From NCBI GenBank assembly GCA_051313645.2, contig JBNRSN020000003.1, positions 501,456,001-501,520,000 on the forward strand: 64,000 bases of DNA, written 5' to 3'. The notes under the pieces are model-generated. The model was not told where the DNA came from. It searched no databases and saw only the letters and a program-made list of their open reading frames with translations. The translations under genes and the position numbers were made by a program. Source of the stretch: Centroscyllium fabricii. Its lineage: Eukaryota. Shown piece after piece: positions 26,365 through 35,123 of the stretch. The first letter of the stretch is position 1, and each line of letters opens with the position of its first letter.

Positions 26365-29268
26365 ATGCAGCCAGAAATAAATGGTAAAAGGGTGAGAAAC
26401 AAAAAACAAAATACACAAAGGGCCAAAGTAATTCATAAAAAGTGTGAGCAAAAAACAAGCCTGAAGGCTTTATACCTTAATGCAAGAAGCATTAGGAACA
26501 AGGTGGATGAATTAGCAGTAGAAATAGAGGTAAACAAATATGATCTAATTGGGATTACGGAAACATGGCTGCAGGATGGGCAAGGCTGGGAACTTAACAT
26601 ACAGGGGTATTCAATATTTAGGAAGGATCGACAAAAAAGAAAGGGAGGAGGGGTAGCATTGCTGGTAAAAGAGGGGATAAATGCAATTGAAAGGAAGGAT
26701 ATTAACTCGGTTAATACGGAATCTATATGGGTAGAACTAAGAAATAGCAAGGGGCGGAAAACGTTAATAGGAGTGGTATATAGGCCTCCAAATAGTAATA
26801 TGGAGGTAGGGGAGGGCATCAAAAGGGAAATTAGAGAAGCATGCAATAAGAGCTCAGCTGTCATCATAGGTGACTTTAACTTGCATATAGATTGGACTAG
26901 CCAAATTAGTAAAAATAACGAGGAGGAGGAATTCCTTGAGTGTTTAAGGGATGGTTATCTGGATCAATATGTCGAGGAACCAACTCGGGATCAGGCTATC
27001 TTAGACTGGGTACTGTGCAATGAGAAGGGACTAATTAGTAATCTTGTTGTACGGGGACCCTTGGGTCAGAGCGATCATAACATGATCGAATTCTCACTCG
27101 AAATGGAGAGCGAAGAAACTGACTCAGAGACTAAGGTCCTGAATTTAAATAAGGGGAATTATGATGCCATGAGACGGGAATTAAGTAAGTCTGATTGGGC
27201 AGCGTTTCTGGGGGGACTGGCGGTGGATAAACAATGGCAAGCATTTAAAGACAGAATGGCAGAATTGCAGAAATTGTTTATACCAATCTGGCATAAAAAG
27301 AAATCTAAAAAGGTGACTCAACCGTGGATAACAGGGGAAATTAGGGACAGCATAAAATCCAAAGAAAGGGCATATAAAATAGCCAAAAAAAGCACCAGAC
27401 CTGAAGATTGGGAACAGTTTAGGATACAACAAAGGAGGGCAAAGGGATTAATCAGGAGGGGAAAAATAGCGTACGAAAGTAAGCTTGCGGCAAACATAAA
27501 AACTAACTCCAAAAGCTTTTACAAGTATATTAAGAGGAAAAGACTGGTGAAATCCAAAGTCGGTCCATTACAGTCAGATTCTGGGGAATATATAATGGGA
27601 AATAAGGAAATGGCAGACCAATTAAATGCATATTTTGGGTCTGTCTTCACAAAGGAAGACACAAAAAACCTCCCTGAGATATCGGGAACCATAGGGACAA
27701 TTGCAAGGGAGGAACTGACAAAAATCAATATCTCTAAGGATATGGTGTTGGGGAAGCTAAAGGGACTAAAGGCTGACAAATCCCCAGGGCCTGATAACAT
27801 GCATCCTAGGGTACTCAAGGAGGTGGCCCTAGAGATAGCAGATGCGTTAAGGATAATTTTCCAGAATTCGATAGACTCGGGAACAGTGCCCATGGATTGG
27901 AGGGTAGCTAACGTTACCCCACTATTTAAAAAGGGGGGTAGGGAAAAAGCGGGCAATTACAGACCTGTAAGCCTTACATCGGTGGTGGGCAAAATACTAG
28001 AGTCCATCATTAAGGATGTAATAGCAGAGCACTTGGCAAATGGGGACAGGATAGGACAGAGTCAACATGGATTTACAAAAGGTAAATCGTGCTTGACGAA
28101 TCTATTGGAATTCTTTGAGGAAGTAACTGGTGAAATAGATGGGGGAGAGCCAGTAGATGTGGTGTACCTGGACTTCCAAAAAGCCTTCGATAAGGTCCCA
28201 CATAAAAGACTAGCATGTAAAATCAAGGCTCATGGGATAAGGGGAAAAGTATTGACGTGGATAGAGAACTGGCTGGCAGATAGAAAACAGAGAGTTGGAA
28301 TAAACGGCTCATTTTCTGAATGGCAGGCAGTAACAAGTGGGGTACCTCAGGGATCTGTCCTGGGTCCCCAGCTGTTCACAATTTATATTAATGACCTAGA
28401 TAAGGGAATCGGATGCAGCATCTCCAAATTTGCAGACGACACTAAACTAGGAGAGGGGGTAGGCTCAGAGGAGGGGATCAGGAAGCTCCAGAGCGATTTG
28501 GACAAATTGGGGGACTGGGCAGATACATGGCAAATGCACTATAATGTGGACAAGTGTGAAGTTATCCACCTTGGGGGCAAAAATGGGAGGGCAAATTATT
28601 ATTTAAATGGCAATAGATTGGGAGATGGGGAAGTACAGAGAGACCTGGGTGTTCTTGTGCACCAGTCATTGAAGGCGAGCATGCAGGTGCAACAGGCGGT
28701 CAGGAAGGCAAATGGTATGCTGGCCTTCATATCAAAAGGGTTAGAATACAGGAACAAGGACACCTTACTACAGCTGTACAGGGCACTGGTGAGACCACAC
28801 CTCGAGTACTGTGTGCAGTTTTGGTCGCCTCATCTGAGGAAGGATGTTCTTGCCATGGAAGGAGTGCAGCGGCGATTCACCAGGCTGATACCAGGAATGG
28901 CAGGAATGACCTATGAGGAGAGACTATGTAGTTTGGGGATGTACACACTGGAGTTTAGAAGATTGAGAGGGGATCTCATAGAAACATATAAAATTCTGAC
29001 AGGCCTGGACAGACTAGATGCAGAAGGAATGTTTCCGATGGCAGGAGAGTACAGAACTAGGGGACACAGTTTAAGGATAAGGGCTAAACCATTTAGGACA
29101 GAGATGAGGAGGAATTTCTTCACCCAGAGAGTGGTGAACCTGTGGAACTCACTACCACAGAGGGCAGTGGACGCCAGCTCATTGAATATATTTAAGAGGG
29201 AATTAGATATATTTCTGCAGGCAAAAGGGGTTAAAGGTTACGGAGAGAAGGCAGGGACGGGATACTGA
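26365..29268 (+). CDS. CR1 ORF2p: APE endonuclease plus reverse transcriptase, uninterrupted (967 aa)
   Basis: YLNARS, GITETW, GDFN, SDHN (APE); KSPGPD, YRPVSLT, YLDFQKAFD, PQGSVLGP, FADD (RT); no stops or frameshifts. Confidence 0.95.
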   Translation: MQPEINGKRVRNKKQNTQRAKVIHKKCEQKTSLKALYLNARSIRNKVDELAVEIEVNKYDLIGITETWLQDGQGWELNIQGYSIFRKDRQKRKGGGVALLVKEGINAIERKDINSVNTESIWVELRNSKGRKTLIGVVYRPPNSNMEVGEGIKREIREACNKSSAVIIGDFNLHIDWTSQISKNNEEEEFLECLRDGYLDQYVEEPTRDQAILDWVLCNEKGLISNLVVRGPLGQSDHNMIEFSLEMESEETDSETKVLNLNKGNYDAMRRELSKSDWAAFLGGLAVDKQWQAFKDRMAELQKLFIPIWHKKKSKKVTQPWITGEIRDSIKSKERAYKIAKKSTRPEDWEQFRIQQRRAKGLIRRGKIAYESKLAANIKTNSKSFYKYIKRKRLVKSKVGPLQSDSGEYIMGNKEMADQLNAYFGSVFTKEDTKNLPEISGTIGTIAREELTKINISKDMVLGKLKGLKADKSPGPDNMHPRVLKEVALEIADALRIIFQNSIDSGTVPMDWRVANVTPLFKKGGREKAGNYRPVSLTSVVGKILESIIKDVIAEHLANGDRIGQSQHGFTKGKSCLTNLLEFFEEVTGEIDGGEPVDVVYLDFQKAFDKVPHKRLACKIKAHGIRGKVLTWIENWLADRKQRVGINGSFSEWQAVTSGVPQGSVLGPQLFTIYINDLDKGIGCSISKFADDTKLGEGVGSEEGIRKLQSDLDKLGDWADTWQMHYNVDKCEVIHLGGKNGRANYYLNGNRLGDGEVQRDLGVLVHQSLKASMQVQQAVRKANGMLAFISKGLEYRNKDTLLQLYRALVRPHLEYCVQFWSPHLRKDVLAMEGVQRRFTRLIPGMAGMTYEERLCSLGMYTLEFRRLRGDLIETYKILTGLDRLDAEGMFPMAGEYRTRGHSLRIRAKPFRTEMRRNFFTQRVVNLWNSLPQRAVDASSLNIFKRELDIFLQAKGVKGYGEKAGTGY

Positions 29269-29765
29269 ACTGAAGGATCAGCCATGATCTCATTGAATGG
29301 CGGAGCAGGCTCGAAGGGCCGAATGGCCTACTCCTGCTCCTATCATCTATGTATCTATGTATCTATGACACGAAAATTGGTGGGGTGGTAAACAGTGAGG
29401 AGGGAAGCCTCAGTCTGCAGACTGATATAGATGGGTTGGTCAGATGGGCGGAACAGTGGCAAATGGAATTTAACCCTGAAAAGTGTGAGGTGATGCATTT
29501 CGGAAGGACTGACAAGGCAAGGGAATACACAATGAATGGTAAGACCCTAGAAAAGACAGAGGATCAGAGAGACCTTGGTGTGCATGTACATAGATCCCTG
29601 AAGGCAGCAGGACAGGTGGATAAGGTGGTTAAAAAGGCATATGGGATACTTGCCTTCATTAGCCGAGGCATAGAATATAAGAGCAGGGAGGTTATGATGG
29701 AGCTGTACAAAACGCTGGTAAGGCCATAGCTGGAGTACTGTGTGCAGTTCTGGTCGCCACACAAT

Positions 29766-30526
29766 GGGCCCTGTTTTCATGTGCTCCAGAGGAGCTGCAC
29801 ACTCACGAAGGGGGGTCAGAAATGCCCCGTGGGTGTGCAGCACGGGGGATGCCCACGAACGGTAATTTCCTGTGCTGATGGGCAAGGCCCGTCAGCTTCC
29901 AATGCAGGAAGACCTTGCACTGACGATTTCCTGTCAGAACGGTGATTTTTGGAGAGTGATTCCGTGTGCAACTGGCTCACAAGCTGCACATTTAAAAACG
30001 AGTAGTAAACTCATGCGTGAGGGAGAAGATTTAGTTACTGAAGCAGGTAAGTTAATTTTTTAACTTTAATTTAAATTTTTTACAGTTTTTGGGAGTAGTG
30101 TGGCCAGATCGGTAGCGTTAAATTTTTAAGTTAAAGTTTTTAAAAGAAAATTACAAATCCGATTTTAAGTTAATTTACCTGTTTCAAATCGCTAATTTTT
30201 AAAGTTAAGTTTCTGAAATGTTTAACTCTCTAGCTATTAAAAAATCTAAGAGGACAAAATGGGAGACTTACCTTCCGTTTCTTCCTCTGAGAAGCTGCTG
30301 TGCCTGCGCTGCTCCTCTGCCGAGTCTGTGAGTGCAGCTCCCTGCTCTCACAAAGGTCCGACTCGGGATCTGTTTATTTAAATTAGGGATTTGGGAGGCG
30401 TTTTTTATTTAAATTTGGGATCTGTGGGCGGGGCTTACACTGCGCACCTAGCGTGGCTGGAAATTCCTTTTTTTTTAATCATTCTGTGTGTTTTCGCACA
30501 GACAAGAGGACTGCAACATTTGACCC
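29766..30526. mobile_element. Probable Harbinger-like non-autonomous element
   Basis: GGG...CCC termini and an internal AGGTAAGT plus AT-rich core like the 9216-9923 MITE; the TIR match is weak. Confidence 0.35.
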
Positions 30527-30549
30527 TTTGTGACTGTGCCTCATTGATC

Positions 30550-30770
30550 TCAGACTGATGTGTTAAAATATGTTAATACACCTTTGTCTGCTCTGTTTGT
30601 CTCTTTGCTAAGTTGAGATGTGGGAGAGATCAGATTTCTCTCTCCCTTGCATATGTGCGATCTTTGGATCAACTTCTCTTCCACCTGACGGAGGAGCAGC
30701 GCTCCGAAAGCTTGTGATTTAAAATAAAGCTGTTGGACTATAACCTGGTGTTGTGTGACTTCTTGCATGT
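30550..30770 (+). mobile_element. Penelope-like element 3'/pLTR fragment
   Basis: CACCTGACG-GAGGAGCAGCGCTCCGAAAGCTTGTG...AATAAA...TTGGACTATAACCTGGTGTTGTGTGACTT; homologous to 53395-53521 (opposite strand). Confidence 0.8.
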
Positions 30771-33219
30771 GGAGGTATGACTGCTGGTCTGCAAACACCC
30801 TTGCATGGTAAGGTCTCCTGTGAACTTTCCTCTCTGCCCGCCTCCATCTGCCAATGACAGCTGCTTGCTCTTGCCTTCTCTGTCATTGTCTCTGTTACAT
30901 GCCCACATACTGCAGCAGGGCAACATCACCATCCAGGGCAGCTCCCATACTTCCAAATGAGCCACAGCCCAGAAGGGGCAAAGTCGTTGTGTAAACTTTT
31001 AACTTTGACAAAAGCACTTGCCAGGCTAAGGTTTTCAGCATCACCAAAGGACTTGCTAAGTTAAACTTTTAACTGTAACAGAAGCAGCAGCTAAGGTAAA
31101 GGTTTACCTGTGATGTGACTGCTTTTGCACTCTCTCTCTCGCTCTCTCTATCTACTGCCTACCTCCAACAAAATGGCTCCCACACCAAAGGCAGGAAGTG
31201 TGCCCCCTTAAATAGCGCCCCAGCGGCCCCAGCTCACGTCAGCTGCGCTCCTGAAAGCGGGCGCGGGCAGCGCTGGGCATGGGGTAGGCGCGCGCTGCTC
31301 AATTTCTGGCGCAGTCCGCAGGGCGGGTGTCGCACCGGGAAGTCACGACGATATCGGCAAGGATTCAGGCGCGCCAAGTAGCGCGCGCTAACAGTTAGCG
31401 CCGCTTGATGAATTTGGGGCACGGTGGAAAATTTTTAGCGCCCGGCGCTAAAACCTCTCGTGCCGGTTTTCGGGTGCTAATCGGTCGGTGCTAGAGTGCC
31501 AGTTTTTCGGCTTATGACTCTCAATGAGCAACTTGACTTCCCCCAGCTCAGTCACAGCAACAGTCTTATGGCAAACAGTCTCACAATAAGGAGACTAAAC
31601 ATCGTAGCACAAAACAAAATCATTGTAACTGTGATGCAAAGTGCATGAGAATGGTTAATAGTGCTGGGGAACATTGCCATATTTCTTGTTGATTTTCTGT
31701 TTTGGAATTCAATTGGTCAAGAAATTGGATAAAAGTTTTCGTATAGGCCTTTTAAGGACTTGAAGATGGGATGTTAGTCTTTTGACATCTATTCATTAAA
31801 GGATTCAGGGAGCCACTTAAAAATGTCACCTCTGGTTCCTAAACATCCTACAATGTACCAAGGGGAAATCTTAAGTGTGTAAGAAATATGGCTGTGCAGT
31901 TATTCAGAAGGTAGCAGAGCATAAAAAGGCATTATATTCTTTAAGATAGATCTCCTCAAACTATACTGTCAAGAAGATTTACAATTGGCAAGGACATTTC
32001 CTCCCTATATTGAGATGAATTTGGTTCAGGTCAGCGGTATAAGATAGTTGACAAAAACAATCTGACAATTTGAGGATGTCTGATATGACATTGTAGCCAC
32101 CTTCTGAAAACCAGACTTATTTACATTCAGATAGCCAATTTACTGAAGTGTATTCCACAATCACAAGTTACTGTTGCCATTCACATAGATATTGAATGTG
32201 TAAAGTGAATGCTATTTTAATAACCCGAGAAATTAAACAACGCCGTACAAACTTTTTTTTCCTTCCGAAACTGCAAATCTTAAATCAGAAGAAATTGGTG
32301 ATTTTGAAGTTACTGGCTGAGAAGAGAAAAGTTAATTGAATGCAATGAGTTTAGAGGAAAATGCTTGGTTCACTTTTAACCACCTATTGACAGTAGAAGT
32401 TAATGCAGTCCTGTGTGTGATAGAGATTATGGTCTTGATCTTCCCTGAGGTGCGGGGAATTGGCGGGTTTCCGGCGGGTCAGGTTTCCCACACGAATCCT
32501 AAAGGGTCTGGGAGCCCCATGCAATTTTGGCTCAATTGGCCAATTGATTTCCAGCATGTGGGAACCCTTGGCAAGTGAGTATTTCCAATCAGAAAGTCGC
32601 ACAGTATGATGTCATCGTTGCTGGTGCATTTCAGGTCCACAGCAAGCCTTGCTTCTGCTGCCCACTGCCAACCTTTTGCCCTTTCATGCCAGAGGGACCT
32701 GGAGGCAGAATGACCATCGAGAGACCTAGGTCTGCTTCCAGGTTTGATGATGTGGCCCTGCAAGCTTCATTTGAGGGAGCGAGAGCTCATAAAGAGGTGC
32801 TCTTCCCTTCTTCAGGAAGGAAGGAGTATCCCCAGCAGGCTGTGTGGATCCAGGTGGCAGAGGAGGGTATCTCATTATCAATACCCTGCAGAACCTGGAT
32901 TCAGTGCAGGAAGAGAATTCATGACCTTCTTGTGGTAACCGTATATATACTGTAATTACCACCGTAATATTGTTGCCAATATTATCAGTATGTATAGCGG
33001 TTGGGTGCATGATGTGTTGCGACACTGTCGTGGGGCCAGGTCAGCCACACCTCTAACTCCTCCCTCAGGTGAGGCCCTTATAGGTGGGGACTGACCGGAC
33101 CCCGTTCATTCTGTACCTGTTGTTCGTTCGGAGTATAGCTCCGTTGTAAGTCAATAAAAGCCTCTAGTTAAGGTCACTACTCGTCTTTAGTTTTATTAAG
33201 ATTATTGACGATGCGTCAA

Positions 33220-33232
33220 TTTTATTGACTTA
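33220..33232 (+). promoter_or_regulatory. PBS-position sequence complementary to the element's own LTR poly(A)-signal segment (element C)
   Basis: TTTTATTGACTTA is the reverse complement of TAAGTCAATAAAA at 33147-33159. Confidence 0.8.
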
Positions 33233-33658
33233 AAAATTTGAAATGGAGAGCGGCGCTGTAAAACCAGAGAAGCTGGATATCAGTCCACAGGACCCAGCCG
33301 CCGCCACTACCTTCGAACACTGGTTCGGTCTCCTGGAGGCCTACATGGAAGCCGCAGGGGCTGAGACCGATGGGAACAAGCTACAGGTTCTCCGGTCCAG
33401 GATCTCCAGCCGAGTATTCTCCCTCATCCGGGACGCCAAAACTTACTCAGCGGCGGTGGAAAAACTGAGGAAATGCTATGAGCGCCCGGTCCACTCTGTC
33501 TACGCCAGACATGTGCTCGCGACCAGACCACAACTACCGAGTGAGTCTAACGAACAGTTCGAGCAGGCACTCCAAGCCCTGGTACGGGTCTGTGGCTGCC
33601 AACCACGGACGGCAGAGGAGGAGGCGAATCTCCTCGTCCGAGACGCCTATGAAACGGA

Positions 33659-34278
33659 TTCCGGTTCCGGTTCTGGCAGGACGGCCACTATTGGGCGGCT
33701 GCACCTCTACTCCTCTGCGTGGAGTCAATTCGTTCTGGTCGACCGCCATTTGACGTCGGCGGCGCCGGGTGAGAGCCGGTGGGATGCGGGGCACAGTTCA
33801 GCCCCCAGGACGCTGCATCAGTTCGGCCTCGGTCCAGAGTTCGGACTTCCGGGGAGTCGGGACGGCCTTGGCTTGGCGTTCCGGGGAGCCTGCGTCGAGC
33901 GCCTGGAGTTCGGAGCTCAGGGGAGCTGGGATGGGCACTCGGAGAGGGCTAGGCCTCAGGCCTCAGGACGCTGTGCCCGGAGTTCGGAGCTCCGTGGATT
34001 CGGGGAGTCGGACAGAGAGTGGCCACGGAAGGAACAGTGGCAGAGCGAGTTGACTGGGCGAGAGAGGACAATTTACCAACGGTTGAGTGGCCAGAGCAGG
34101 AACGGGATCCACGAGGATGGCGCCGGAGAATGGCTGACGTCTTGCGGGCTCGTTCGTGCCGGGCAGCTTAATTGTTGCGCGGTTGTTGCACGGTGTGTCG
34201 GGTAGCAGTAAGCTTTTCACTGTTTAAATTGTGTTTTAAATATGTGACAATAAAATTTAACTTGAACTTCAACTTGAA
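33659..34278 (+). mobile_element. Non-coding retroposon with a Rex1-like 3' tail, inserted in C gag
   Basis: Absent from the homologous site in D (~42505-42530); begins (TTCCGG)n; ends AAGCTTTTCACTG...GTGACAATAAAA plus (CTTGAA)n, like the tail at 2101-2127. Confidence 0.75.
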
Positions 34279-34808
34279 GGTGCGTAGAGGCCCGCCAGCG
34301 GCTGCTAGAAAAGGACTCCCAAACTCTAGAGGAGGCGATCTCTATCTCTAACTCTGTGGAAGGCGCACGCCGCAAGCTGCAGACGTACGGCGGCATAAAC
34401 CCACAGGTCTACGACGCGTGGGCAGCACCACAACGGGTCCAGGCCTGGGCAGCACCACAACGGGTCGAGACCCCCACGATGGCAGCGGCAGCTGCGAAGA
34501 TGCCGGCGGACAAGAAGTGCTACTTCTGCGGCCAGGGATTACACCCACGGGCGAGATGCCCAGCGAAGACCGCGACCTGCGAGAGGTGCTCTAAGAAGGG
34601 ACACTATGCAAAGGCCTGCAGATCAGCCCCGGCGCCCAGCTCCAGGTACAACAGCGCAGCCTGCGAAAGCTCCACCAGGTCTCAGGTAAGCTGCAATTGC
34701 AGCGCGATCCAGCGACGGTCCGGGGGTAGAGAAAAAGCGCCCCCATCTCCCACCCTGATGCGGCAAAGGCCGGCTGCACCCACGGCACGCCAAACTCAGC
34801 CACGGCCG

Positions 34809-35123
34809 GCCATGCGCGACCCCCCAACGCCGGCATCCCGCCCAGCGCGGCTCGCTGTGTGCGAATCACGGGCACCGCCAACCCAACCGCCGTGGCTCGC
34901 TGCGTGCGAATCACGGGCACCGCCAACCAAGCCACCGCGGACCGCTGCGTGCGAACTACGGGCGCCGCCACCGCGCCCACAGCGGTCAGCCGCGTGTGAA
35001 CCACGGGCGCCGCCATCTTGTCTCCAACGGCCCGCCATGTGCGACCCCCCGGCGCCGCCATCTTGTCTCCAGAGGCCAGCCATGTGCGAACCACGGGCGC
35101 CGCCATCTTGTGTTCGGCCCCAA
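34809..35123 (+). repeat. 45-bp (15-aa) coding tandem repeat in the C Gag-protease linker, about 7 units
   Basis: A(A/M)C(E/D)xRAPP repeats in ORF 34356-35600. Confidence 0.85.

Larger units (their letters stand above)
25727..29364 (+). mobile_element. Young CR1 LINE, 5'-truncated within ORF1
   Basis: ATGAC duplicated at 25722-25726 and 29365-29369; ORF1 esterase, intact ORF2, 3' hairpin and (TATCTATG)n tail. Confidence 0.95.
25443..29762 (+). mobile_element. Older CR1 RT fragment split by a younger CR1
   Basis: 25443-25726 ends in ...ISKFADD and resumes at 29370 with TKIGGVVNSEEG...; very similar to the CR1 at 14830-15420. Confidence 0.88.
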
